From NCBI GenBank assembly GCA_049589355.1, contig JBAWAP010000434.1, positions 177 through 64,176 on the forward strand: DNA of 64,000 nt. The letters are read 5' to 3'. This stretch comes from Anaerolineae bacterium. GTDB lineage: Bacteria > Chloroflexota > Anaerolineae > VGOG01. Positions 27,325 through 36,263 of this stretch are shown in pieces; positions within the stretch are counted from its first letter, which is position 1, and the number at the start of each line of letters is the position of its first letter. The notes under the pieces were generated by a model. It searched no databases and was not told the origin of the DNA. It worked only from the letters and a program-made list of their open reading frames with translations. A program made the translations under genes and the position numbers.

Positions 27325-29915
27325 GCTTCCACCTCCAACACCTTGAGGCTCTCAATGCCCCGGTCGTCCACGATCTTGATGGCGATGCGCCGGTGCTTCC
27401 CCGGCTCGAAGGGCAGCGAGACCGTGCCGCGATAGGCTTCGATCAGGTCGGGGTCGATCTCGGCCTTGAGGTTGCGGGCCAGTTTCGCCCAGCCTTCGTT
27501 TTCGCCCGCTATTGGGAAAAAGACCTGGCGCGGAAAGAGGCTGCGCCCATCGTAATCCGTATCCAGCAGCCACACGGCGATCTTGTCCGCGCCGCCGGAT
27601 TCGATGTCGCCGGTCTTGGTGTTGTAATAGTCAAAGCCGTGGACGGAGACGCGAACCTTGCCCTTGTCCGCGCCTTTGGCGAGGCGTTCCACTTGCACAT
27701 CGGGCTGGCCGATGAGCCAGAACGATTCGTTGCTGGCGCGTTTCTTCTTCAGGTCGTCGGTCAGCAGGTCGGCGTTCATCTGGGCCTTGAGCAGGGTGAC
27801 GCCGGGCCAGCGGGTCTCGTCAATGTCTTTGGCCGCTTCGGGGTCGAACTGGAAGGCGGCAAAGATGATCAGTTTGGGCCGGGGGACCAGGGTCTGCGCT
27901 TCTTCCAGCGCGCTGGCTACCTGGCGCTGTTCCAGGGGGGCGTGTTCCGGGCCAAAGGAGACCACGGTGCGCATCGGGTTGTAGGCGGGGGCGTCCTCGC
28001 GCACCGAATCGGCGCCCTCCGCGCTGGGGCGGGTCTCGCCGTCGGCGTGCAGCCAGCGGCAGCCGGGCAGCGGCTCCAGGCGGGCAAAGCGGATGTGCTG
28101 GCCAGCCTTGCCGCGCAGGCCGGTCTTGAGCAGTTCGTCGCGCCATTCGGCCTGGCGCAGCGTCTCGCCGGAGCGGGCCACCGAGGTGTCGGCTCCCTCA
28201 CCCCCGGCCCCTCTCCCAGGGGGCGAGGAGAGCAGCAGGTCGTCCACCGATTGTACCGCCGGGGCGGGAACGGCCTCCACGGTGAAGGGGCCGCTGACGC
28301 GGGTGATCTTGCGGTCCACGGTGGGCTGATCGTAGAGCGTTTCCTGGGCGGGCGGCTCGTCGTTGGCGATGGATTTGAGGGTGACGTGGGGCACGGTCTT
28401 GTACTCGAAGCCGCTGCCCACGCCCTCTTGTGGGTGGGCTAACTCGTAGTAGTCGTAGACCGCCGTCATCAGGCGGGTGCGGGCCAGGGTGAGGGCCACG
28501 CGCGAGGTGTCGCAGGTGATCCAGCGCCGGCCCCACTGTTCGGCCACGTAGGCTGTGGTGCCGCTGCCGCAAGTCGGATCAAACACCAGGTCGCCGGGGT
28601 CGGTGGTCATCAGGAGACAGCGCTCGATGACTTTCTGGGCGGTCTGAACCACATATCGCAAGTCCATTTCGCCCCGAGTGTCATCCCACAGGTTTGTAAT
28701 CGTAATCATCGGGAAATCGTCGAAATACCTGATGAACCCTATACGTCTCTCGGTTGCGTCAATCCGATTGGCCTCTATCAACCGCCGGATTCCATCCTCA
28801 TTGGTCTTCCATCCACCGGAGCTCAATGTAAAGGTCTTTCCACCAAACTCGATGGGAAACCTGCTTTTCGGCCCTCCGCTTTGGCTGTTCAACGCATGCA
28901 GTCCAAATAGCTTGGCGCCTGCCGGGATTAGTTCGGGATTCCGCCTCTCTGAAGCCGTCAAGTTTCGTCTTGTGCCATCGGGCAACTCAACGTTTTGATA
29001 GTTCGACAATCCGCTCTTCGATATCGCTTTCGGCTCATAGAGTTGACGATACTTCAGCAACCCCTGGTCCTTGGCGTACCAGACAAGATAGTCACCGACT
29101 TCATCCAAGCCCTGGGACATAAGCGCCCCTGTTTTCCTAAAGTGGATCAAGCGAACGAAATTCCCCACCCCAAACACCTCATCCATAAGGTTCCGGACAA
29201 GATGCACGTTCTCGTCGCTGATCTGCACAAACACGCTGCCGGATTCGGTGAGCAGTTCGCGGGCCAGCAGCAGGCGGTCGCGCAGGTAGCTCAGGTAGGA
29301 GTGGATGCCCAGCTCCCAGGTGTCGCGGAAGGCGCGGATCTGCTCCGGCTCGGCGGTCAGGTCTTCGTCCTTGCCGTCCTTCACGTCGCGCTTGTTGACA
29401 AAGGGCTGAAAGTTGGAGCCGTACTTGATGCCGTAGGGCGGGTCAATGTAGATCATCTGCACCTGCCCGCCCAGCCCCTCTTTTTCCAGCAAGCTGTTCA
29501 TCACCAGTAAACTGTCGCCAGCCACCAGGCGGTTGGACCAGCCGTGCTTGTGGCGGTAGAACTCGATGGCCTGGCGGATGGGCGGGTTCTCCTGGGGCGT
29601 CTGGAACAGGGAGAGCTGCATCGGGGTGTCGGGGTCGGGCTGGCGGCGGACGGCCTCGACGATGGTACGGGGGTCAATGCGCTCGTGGACATGGAGCGAG
29701 ACGGTGGGCACCTCGAAGGAGGTGTGCTCGTCCTTGCCCGCCCATTGCAGTTGCGGGTCGAGGTGGGGGTCGTGGGCGTAGGTTTGCTGCTGCCCGGCGT
29801 CGGGGTCGGTGTCAGGCGTCACCAGGCCCACGGGCGGGTTGTTGACCCGCTCCTTGTCGGCGTGCTGGTAGGATTCAATCGGGCGTTTGGTTTTGGTTGA
29901 TTTTCGTCGTGCCAT
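27321..29915 (-). CDS. mod: Type III DNA methyltransferase, Mod subunit (N6-adenine/N4-cytosine class), with a low-GC target-recognition domain
   Basis: IYIDPPYG (motif IV DPPY), FDPTCGSGTTAYVAEQWGRRWITCD (motif I). ATG 29915 with GGGGAG RBS. The central region (about 28690..29230) drops to roughly 50% GC. Confidence 0.85.
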   Translation of the reverse strand: MARRKSTKTKRPIESYQHADKERVNNPPVGLVTPDTDPDAGQQQTYAHDPHLDPQLQWAGKDEHTSFEVPTVSLHVHERIDPRTIVEAVRRQPDPDTPMQLSLFQTPQENPPIRQAIEFYRHKHGWSNRLVAGDSLLVMNSLLEKEGLGGQVQMIYIDPPYGIKYGSNFQPFVNKRDVKDGKDEDLTAEPEQIRAFRDTWELGIHSYLSYLRDRLLLARELLTESGSVFVQISDENVHLVRNLMDEVFGVGNFVRLIHFRKTGALMSQGLDEVGDYLVWYAKDQGLLKYRQLYEPKAISKSGLSNYQNVELPDGTRRNLTASERRNPELIPAGAKLFGLHALNSQSGGPKSRFPIEFGGKTFTLSSGGWKTNEDGIRRLIEANRIDATERRIGFIRYFDDFPMITITNLWDDTRGEMDLRYVVQTAQKVIERCLLMTTDPGDLVFDPTCGSGTTAYVAEQWGRRWITCDTSRVALTLARTRLMTAVYDYYELAHPQEGVGSGFEYKTVPHVTLKSIANDEPPAQETLYDQPTVDRKITRVSGPFTVEAVPAPAVQSVDDLLLSSPPGRGAGGEGADTSVARSGETLRQAEWRDELLKTGLRGKAGQHIRFARLEPLPGCRWLHADGETRPSAEGADSVREDAPAYNPMRTVVSFGPEHAPLEQRQVASALEEAQTLVPRPKLIIFAAFQFDPEAAKDIDETRWPGVTLLKAQMNADLLTDDLKKKRASNESFWLIGQPDVQVERLAKGADKGKVRVSVHGFDYYNTKTGDIESGGADKIAVWLLDTDYDGRSLFPRQVFFPIAGENEGWAKLARNLKAEIDPDLIEAYRGTVSLPFEPGKHRRIAIKIVDDRGIESLKVLEVEA

Positions 29916-30046
29916 GTTGTGACTCCCCTTTTGTCGGGATGCTAAACGCTGGCGCGAGGGCGGCTGACGGCGGAGTTCAGCGGCGCGGGATGGGACGAGT
30001 AAACATGCCCACACTGAACCCTTGACCGTCGAGATCCCCGATCAGG

Positions 30047-30327
30047 TCTTCATCGTTGCTTGATATTATACAGCAGAAGCCCTTGCAGGTCAACCACCAG
30101 CACAATGCCAGCCCGAAAAGCAAAAGCGGGAGACGCTTACTACCTCCCGCTTTGCTTTTAGACAAGTATGCAGTTACCGTTCGGCTGATGGTTCGTCAGG
30201 CATGTCCTGAGCCTCGCTCCATAGCCACCTGCTTGGGGCATCGCCGCTTTCGGCTAGCAGTTTATCCCCCACGCTTTGGGCGAACGAATCGCAGCGCGTG
30301 GTTTTGAGCGAACGGATCGCAGAAACG
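30047..30327 (-). repeat. Terminator-promoter repeat, copy 4 (long form; the extension carries a 45-nt insertion and a short duplication relative to copy 3)
   Basis: Minus strand: hairpin (AAAAGCAAAGCGGGAGG-TAGTAAGCG-TCTCCCGCTTTTGCTTTTC), then TTGACC (30093..30088), N17, TATAAT (30070..30065). Sits 150 nt upstream of the mod ATG. Confidence 0.8.
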
Positions 30328-30345
30328 CTGGTTACGCCAGTGCCG

Positions 30346-31380
30346 CTAGAACGGTATCTCATTGTCAAGATCGAACCCGCCGGTCTCTTCTCCGGTCACC
30401 TTGGTCAAGCCACGGCTCACCAGCAGATCGTTGAGCGAATCAAGAGCAGCGCCTCCAGCAAAGACGGTAGAAGTGGCAGCGCCCTCTCGCAGCCTCTCGA
30501 GATACGCGTCCGGCAAGTCCTCGATCTCTGCCAGGTGCTCAAGCTTCTTCAGGGCTTCCGCCTCATTCACGGACTGAAGCGTGGCGTCGACTAGGCAGGT
30601 GAGTATTCGCCCTCGCGTCTTGGGCGATGCGACGAGGATTCGAAATACCTCGTGTGCGACCTCTGCGACCGTCTTGCCGTTTGCGTGAAAGCCTTGGTAC
30701 TTGCCAATGAAACCGTAGGGATTGAGACCGCGGATGATCGGGACAATCAACACCCCCCGGCCCAAGGCGTAACCGACTTCCTGGTCAGTCCAATTGCTCT
30801 CTTTGAAGCCCGGCACTAGAACTGCCGCCAGAGCATCCATCGACGCAAGGCCGGCCTCAATCTCATCCTGCCATTCCTTGGTCGGCTCAATGTCCACGTG
30901 GGCCACGAACGCCGAGATACCGTAGTGTCGAAGTGTAGACTGAAGTGCGGCGATCTTCTTCTTGGATGAGGACAGATGACTAATGAAGAGCCGAAAGTGG
31001 TGTTGCTCCCAAAACGTCGCCTCGACCGCGTGACTATCGGGCATTACAGCGTACTCGTGAGGAATCTCGAGTTCGTCGGCAATGCGGAGAATGACGTCAT
31101 CGGGAACGTCCGCGAGAAGTTCCTTCGTGTAGACCCACTTGCTGTTCACGCCTGACGTGGGCTTGGTAACATCAACACCATGGGCTTGCAGGTAGACGTC
31201 GATGTCGGCATACGTCATTCGTGCCTGAAGCTCACGACCGATGCGGTCGACTAGACTCAGACGGCCAAGGTTGTTCAACTGCCCCCCTTCCTGAAGTCGG
31301 CCATCGCGGTAAGACTGCCAGTCACCCCACAGCCCCCGCACAGATCCCGGCGTGCGGTTTTCTCGTACCGGGCTCTTCAC
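30346..31380 (-). CDS. TIR-domain-containing protein with N- and C-terminal domains I do not recognise (defence-associated)
   Basis: Central TIR-like region: FISHLSSSKKKIAALQSTLRHYGISAFVAHVDIEPTKEWQDEIEAGLASMDALAAVLVPGFKESNWTDQEVGYALGRG. GTG start. Located in the cassette island. Confidence 0.55.
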   Translation of the reverse strand: MKSPVRENRTPGSVRGLWGDWQSYRDGRLQEGGQLNNLGRLSLVDRIGRELQARMTYADIDVYLQAHGVDVTKPTSGVNSKWVYTKELLADVPDDVILRIADELEIPHEYAVMPDSHAVEATFWEQHHFRLFISHLSSSKKKIAALQSTLRHYGISAFVAHVDIEPTKEWQDEIEAGLASMDALAAVLVPGFKESNWTDQEVGYALGRGVLIVPIIRGLNPYGFIGKYQGFHANGKTVAEVAHEVFRILVASPKTRGRILTCLVDATLQSVNEAEALKKLEHLAEIEDLPDAYLERLREGAATSTVFAGGAALDSLNDLLVSRGLTKVTGEETGGFDLDNEIPF

Positions 31381-31558
31381 CCGGCTGCACTGGTTGCCTG
31401 CTACGTGGCCCGCTGGCGGTTACCACGACCGGACTTTCCACCGGCTAGCCGTTGACAGCTTCAGGACACACCAGCGCGCGGTTAGTGCAGCGAAATACCT
31501 CATAAGGCGCATCTCCTATTGAAGTTTCGCTTCTCTTGCTTTCGCACGCTCGAAATTG

Positions 31559-31912
31559 TCAGACAAGGTCATAGATTTTAGCGACAGATTCGGCGAAATA
31601 CTCAGCTTCGATGCTAGCACATTTCTTGAAAGCGTTCAAAACAATCACCGCTTTGTCTATATTCTCTGCAAAGCCTTCTGCCGTTGAGTAAAATTGTGCG
31701 ATACCCGTCACCACCATGATTTCTTGACCGAGGAATTTCTCACCGCAATCTCGCTCAAACCAGGATTGTTCGCTAAGTAAACGTTGTCCGAGAGTTGAGT
31801 CATCAAGTGGCTCTGTTTCCTGGAGAATTTGTTTCCAATGCTCACGTGCCCGTTCATAGAGTTCCAAGATGCCGGGATCGCCATTCATCAATGCTTCAAT
31901 TGTCTGCTGCAT
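31559..31912 (-). CDS. Hypothetical 117-aa protein in a low-GC patch, co-cassette with the TIR protein
   Basis: ATG 31912 with GGAGG RBS. About 45% GC. First gene downstream of the copy-5 promoter. Confidence 0.4.
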   Translation of the reverse strand: MQQTIEALMNGDPGILELYERAREHWKQILQETEPLDDSTLGQRLLSEQSWFERDCGEKFLGQEIMVVTGIAQFYSTAEGFAENIDKAVIVLNAFKKCASIEAEYFAESVAKIYDLV

Positions 31913-32156
31913 TTTGCTCCTCCTTATTTGTGTTCTAATCTATGCGAAAAAGCTTAAGCAAGAAGAATTTGCATACTCGTGAAAATCCCCTTTGCTCTGC
32001 CGCTGCTGAGTAATATCTGTAAGGCGTTGATGAACACGCCAACACGGCGATTCCGATGCCGCGCCTGACTGTAGTTGTGCTATATGGCAGGTACTGTAGA
32101 ATTACGGGGGAGAGATACCCAATTCAACGGGAGGCTGCCAGATGATATGACAAAAT

Positions 32157-32276
32157 CAACCTTGTCATTGGTGCTCAACATTATACACCAGAAGCCCTTG
32201 CAGGTCAACCACCGACGATGCCCAGCCCGAAAAGCAAAAACGGGAGGCGATTCAGACCTCCCGCTCTTGCTCTTGA
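32157..32276 (-). repeat. Terminator-promoter repeat, copy 5
   Basis: Minus strand: hairpin (GAGCAAGAGCGGGAGG-TCTGAATCG-CCTCCCGTTTTTGCTTTTC), then TTGACC (32208..32203), N17, TATAAT (32185..32180). Confidence 0.8.
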
Positions 32277-32288
32277 TTATGCCAGTGA

Positions 32289-33248
32289 CTACAACCTGCC
32301 CTCTGTCCCGAAGTATCGTTTCGAGAGAATGATCAAGCCTAGAGTAAGGAGAAGCGGTATTCCAATGAACGCTGCCAAATGCCAACCTTGAAATGGCAGT
32401 CCTTGTAAAGCCTCCATTTCCGTTGGCGCAAACTTCATCCTGGACAAGATGTCGGACAGACTAGACCTGCAAAGGGTTAGAATCGAGGAGGATGTGATCA
32501 AGCCGAAATAGATCACAGAACCCCACCAGGCCCAGGTTCGTAACCTGAATGTGCCCCAGATGAGACAGGCCAAACAGACGATCAAGATGTCAAGTAGAAG
32601 AATCCCCTGAATGTCAACTAGCAAGACGCCAAAAAGCGGAAAGATGCCGTTGAAGAAGATGAGTATGTGCAGCACGATGATGTAGAACAAATACAGAGAA
32701 CACAGTACCAGCACTGGTATCGGGAATCGCTCCACCCAATAGGTCTTCGGGTCTTTGGTCTCAAAGGTCAACCTGACGTTTCGGCTGCGGTAAAACCAAA
32801 TGAGCAATCCTGGGGCGACCAGATAGGACAACGCCAGGACGACGAGCATGATCAGGACAACCGCTAAAGACAGGTCTTTGGCAGTCACTGCCACAAATAA
32901 GAACGCGACGATCAAAGGCACACCGACCACAAGCCAGAATCCGAGCAAGGCCAAAGCGAGTGTTCTGGCCCAACGGCGTATTTTCAGGTGTCCGTAACCC
33001 AGAGGAATGAACACGATGGCGATAAGATAATAACCCACGATTTGACTGGCAATGTTGCCAAACATGAAAGAGCCGAATCCAAAGCCCTCATAGTGAAACC
33101 GGCCACCCTCAGAGAAGAGGTAGAAGCAATACATTTCAAGTGGCCCCAACAAAGCGGCAGCTATGCCAATGAGTAGTAGAAGACCTCCGATGACAGCAAG
33201 AATCGGACGGCGATCTCGATAAACCGCATCGTTTATAGCTTCTTTCAT
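32289..33248 (-). CDS. Polytopic membrane protein, unknown function
   Basis: Start MKEAINDAVYRDRRPILAVIGGLLLLIGIAAALL at ATG 33248. About 8 predicted TM segments. The ORF-track start at 33425 overlaps the upstream gene. Confidence 0.5.
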   Translation of the reverse strand: MKEAINDAVYRDRRPILAVIGGLLLLIGIAAALLGPLEMYCFYLFSEGGRFHYEGFGFGSFMFGNIASQIVGYYLIAIVFIPLGYGHLKIRRWARTLALALLGFWLVVGVPLIVAFLFVAVTAKDLSLAVVLIMLVVLALSYLVAPGLLIWFYRSRNVRLTFETKDPKTYWVERFPIPVLVLCSLYLFYIIVLHILIFFNGIFPLFGVLLVDIQGILLLDILIVCLACLIWGTFRLRTWAWWGSVIYFGLITSSSILTLCRSSLSDILSRMKFAPTEMEALQGLPFQGWHLAAFIGIPLLLTLGLIILSKRYFGTEGRL

Positions 33249-33271
33249 TGCTCTGGCTTCTTTCGTATTCG

Positions 33272-34288
33272 CTACGCTGCCCGCGGCCGCAGCCTTTGGG
33301 CCACCAGCCCAACCGCCGGGCCGAAAGCCAGTATTGCCAAGCCGACTGCCAGCAGGATCAAGGGCTGTCCGGTCTGGCCGTGGCTCAACCGCCATGGCCA
33401 GAAGACGCCGTACTCGATGCCCCACATCGTCCCCAGGCAGAGGAGCCCACCAACGGCCAGCAACGCCGCCCGCCGTGCTGGCGGTCCGGTCACGAAGCCG
33501 TATATCAACCCGCCATAGATCAGACCCAGCGGCCCAACCAGTAGCCCAACGTCCAGACGATTGATGGGAGGGTTTGAGGCCCAGGAGACCACCACCAGGC
33601 TGAGGATCATAGTCGTGCTCAGCCCGGCCAGTCCGCCCAGCAACGGCCCACGCCAGCCGACTGCCCCCAGCGCTGCCCCTAACAGCAACAACAGGGCCAT
33701 CATGATCAGCACGTCAATCACCGGGGACACGAGGTACGGCAGGTCGTCAGCGGCAACCATTAGCGCAAACACGATGACCATGACCGCGGTTCCGACCCAG
33801 GTGTATCCCCAAAGCGGCAGCCGCCGCGCCACGGCGACCACGCCGCCGATCACCAAGATCAGCGCGGCCAGCACCAAGGCGCCGATGCAGACCATCATCC
33901 CTCCCGTAATGATGCCGGGGCTGTAATGGATGCGCGTCGGGCCGCCGATCACCAACCGGCTCAGGGGCGCTCTGAGCAGTAAGGAAATGGCGATGCTCAG
34001 ACCGAGGAGCACCGGCGGCAATGCTGCCAGCAATGCGTCTCGCCTCGTCGCCCCGCCGTGCACCTGCTTTAACTCCCGGCCCACCTCGGCCGGATCACCC
34101 AATGCTTCCATCGCCTTTTCCATGCTTGCCTCCTCCGTAAGCCCATGCAGCATCAGCCAGCGGGCCTTATCTTCAAAGTGACCACTGATCTCAGCCACGA
34201 TCTCCTGCCGCCGGGCCTCTTCGAGCCGGCCCAGCGCGGCCTCCATGGTCATTAGATAGCTATGGCTCAAATCCATCTCCAAACCCAC
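33272..34288 (-). CDS. Membrane protein with a DUF1700-like N-terminal domain and a polytopic C-terminal region
   Basis: N-terminus ...EISGHFEDKARWLMLHGLTEEASMEKAMEALGDPAEVGRELKQVHG, then about 8 hydrophobic segments. Confidence 0.45.
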   Translation of the reverse strand: MGLEMDLSHSYLMTMEAALGRLEEARRQEIVAEISGHFEDKARWLMLHGLTEEASMEKAMEALGDPAEVGRELKQVHGGATRRDALLAALPPVLLGLSIAISLLLRAPLSRLVIGGPTRIHYSPGIITGGMMVCIGALVLAALILVIGGVVAVARRLPLWGYTWVGTAVMVIVFALMVAADDLPYLVSPVIDVLIMMALLLLLGAALGAVGWRGPLLGGLAGLSTTMILSLVVVSWASNPPINRLDVGLLVGPLGLIYGGLIYGFVTGPPARRAALLAVGGLLCLGTMWGIEYGVFWPWRLSHGQTGQPLILLAVGLAILAFGPAVGLVAQRLRPRAA

Positions 34289-34692
34289 CTGGCAATGTTC
34301 AGACCGCTACAAAGTCTTATTGCTTTTTCGACGCTGTATTGACACATGCAGGTACTTACATTGCATGGACTCGGACATAGCTTCTCCGTACGTAGCAGCT
34401 TTTCAAGAGATGGTAAGGCTTGTTTATCTCCAATCTCCCCCAAAGCCCATATTGCCTGGTTTCTCTCTTCAAAGGTATGTCGATCTGAATTTGCATGTGC
34501 AATCAACGCTTCGACACAATCGCCTCCGAATTCCTGACGAGCCTCGCGGCAAGCAGCTCTGACGTCGGAACTGATCCAGTGCATTGTCAGCCATAGGACA
34601 AAAGCTCCGATTACAACGATGGCTATCAAACTGTATAGAATGACCCTTCTCCATTCAACACCACGTCTCTGAGAACCTTCCCTTTTCTGCAT
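34267..34692 (-). CDS. HEAT/PBS-lyase-repeat protein with an N-terminal TM anchor
   Basis: MQKREGSQ... at ATG 34692 with GGAGG RBS. TM segment VILYSLIAIVVIGAFVLWL. HEAT motif NQAIWALGEIGDKQALPSLEKLL. Confidence 0.45.
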   Translation of the reverse strand: MQKREGSQRRGVEWRRVILYSLIAIVVIGAFVLWLTMHWISSDVRAACREARQEFGGDCVEALIAHANSDRHTFEERNQAIWALGEIGDKQALPSLEKLLRTEKLCPSPCNVSTCMCQYSVEKAIRLCSGLNIARWVWRWI

Positions 34693-34757
34693 GATCTGCC
34701 TCCTTGTCGTTTTGAAGTGAGCGCCTTCCCAATCCACCAGTTTCCCAATCTACCAAT

Positions 34758-35543
34758 TTACCAGCCTGGCTGCGGCGGTGGGCCAGCGTCTTCGGGGATG
34801 GGCGGACCATCAGGTAGGTTGTGCAGGTAATCGCAGGAGACGAATTTCACGTCTTCCCAAACGTACCCCTCGGCCTCAAAGGTAAGAATGTCCTTGATCC
34901 AGCGTTTCTGACCATCCTCCAGGGCGTAGATGTGAGGGCTGCCCTCACACTTAAGGAGCACGTGGATGGGGCGGCCTTTCTCGAATTTCTCCAGGAAGCT
35001 GTCATCAACAACGTGCACCTGATCCCAGCGGTAACCGAAAAACTCAAAAGCATCCAGGCTGCTAATCCACCGTAGCTTGTTGTCCTCCAGGACGAATATA
35101 TCCGAGCCGCTGCCCTTGAGCACCAGACCGTCGCGGATGACCAGGGCAGCGGTGTCGGGCATGATGCGGGCCAGGCTGGTGCCGTAGCGGGTGATGGGAA
35201 CGTTAATCACCACCACCAGCACCACCAGGACGAGCAGCAGACGGCCCAGAGTACGGCCCAGGTTGATGCTGGGCAGAGGCGGCGGGGGTACCCAGTCCTC
35301 CTCGCCGGCCCAAGGGTCCCCGGTCGGCTTGGCAGCGGCAATGGGCTCCGGCGCCGAGGGCTCCACCGTTGGCTGCGGGGCCGGGGAAGGCGGCGTCACT
35401 TGATCCAGACCGGGCTCCTCTTGAGCCTGACGGACGGCCTGCCGCTCCAGTAAAGCCTCCAACAGCAGGTCCAGAATTTGCTCTGTGGCGGAAGGCTCCG
35501 TGTTCGCTGATTCGCTGATTCGCTGATTCACTGATTCCCTCAT
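34758..35543 (-). CDS. Membrane-anchored protein with an acidic, Pro-rich N-terminal region; unknown function
   Basis: Internal TM segment LGRLLLVLVVLVVVINV. The N-terminal (ESANxRIS) tail is encoded by an 8-mer tandem repeat at 35497..35528. Confidence 0.4.
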   Translation of the reverse strand: MRESVNQRISESANTEPSATEQILDLLLEALLERQAVRQAQEEPGLDQVTPPSPAPQPTVEPSAPEPIAAAKPTGDPWAGEEDWVPPPPLPSINLGRTLGRLLLVLVVLVVVINVPITRYGTSLARIMPDTAALVIRDGLVLKGSGSDIFVLEDNKLRWISSLDAFEFFGYRWDQVHVVDDSFLEKFEKGRPIHVLLKCEGSPHIYALEDGQKRWIKDILTFEAEGYVWEDVKFVSCDYLHNLPDGPPIPEDAGPPPQPGW

Positions 35544-35553
35544 GAACTGCCTC

Positions 35554-36243
35554 CTATTTCACCACCACGAAGCCCAAAATCTCACCGATGCTGACCAGGA
35601 TGTTGGCGTAGAAGTTGCCGCCGAGCTGACGGAATAGCTCGAACTTCATGCTGGGGGCACCGATGAAAGGTCGCAGCGTCCAGGCCATCTGACTGCCCAC
35701 AAAGGCGTAGACCAGGATCCAGAGACGGAGCACCCAGCGGCGGGCGCTGTTCCCTTCCTTGCCTGAGGCCGAGACTACCCGCATCCCCTGGCTGAGGAAG
35801 ACCACTCCCATGCTGCCAGCGATGGTGAAGACGGCTACGTTCAGCAGCTTGAAGAACTGGTAATGACTGGTGGTCAGCAGGAAGAAGAGGGTGATGGGGG
35901 CAAAGCTGAGCAACAATACCGCTGTGACGGTGATGGCCGTCAGGATGAGAGCGATGTTTTGGGTCAGGCTCTGGTTGGAGCCGAAGAGGACGTTGAAGAA
36001 ATACAGGGTAGGGGAGCAGACGATGAGAGTGGCCAGGAAGAGGAGAGGCAGCTTGGCGGCAGAGCTGAGGGTCTGCCACAGGCTGTGGGTGGAGCCCATC
36101 ACCGCCCCGTAGAGGGCCAGGAAGGCGATGCTGGACACCAGCATGGCCCGCATTTTTTCCGGCAGGCCGATGCCCTCGCGTATCTCGTTGAAAAAGTGAT
36201 GCCGGTTGCGAAGGATGGTTTCAATGATAGCCAGGTCTTTCAT
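35554..36243 (-). CDS. Yip1-like polytopic membrane protein
   Basis: Start MKDLAIIETIL at ATG 36243 with GGAGG 7 nt upstream. Five hydrophobic segments. Confidence 0.45.
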   Translation of the reverse strand: MKDLAIIETILRNRHHFFNEIREGIGLPEKMRAMLVSSIAFLALYGAVMGSTHSLWQTLSSAAKLPLLFLATLIVCSPTLYFFNVLFGSNQSLTQNIALILTAITVTAVLLLSFAPITLFFLLTTSHYQFFKLLNVAVFTIAGSMGVVFLSQGMRVVSASGKEGNSARRWVLRLWILVYAFVGSQMAWTLRPFIGAPSMKFELFRQLGGNFYANILVSIGEILGFVVVK

Positions 36244-36263
36244 TGGATACCTCCGAAATGTTA

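Noticed and set aside
23829-29900. Many long plus-strand ORFs inside res and mod (for example 23879..24571, 27393..28442)
   Set aside because: They are high-GC antisense shadow ORFs with Ala/Arg/Gly-rich low-complexity translations and no motifs. The minus-strand Res and Mod carry clear catalytic motifs.
21004-32285. Interpreting the five repeats as integron attC sites
   Set aside because: The hairpin is near-perfect rather than bulged, I cannot find RYYYAAC/GTTRRRY core sites, and no intI is in the window. I kept it as a cassette-like array with its own terminator-promoter element and left the integron idea as a hypothesis.
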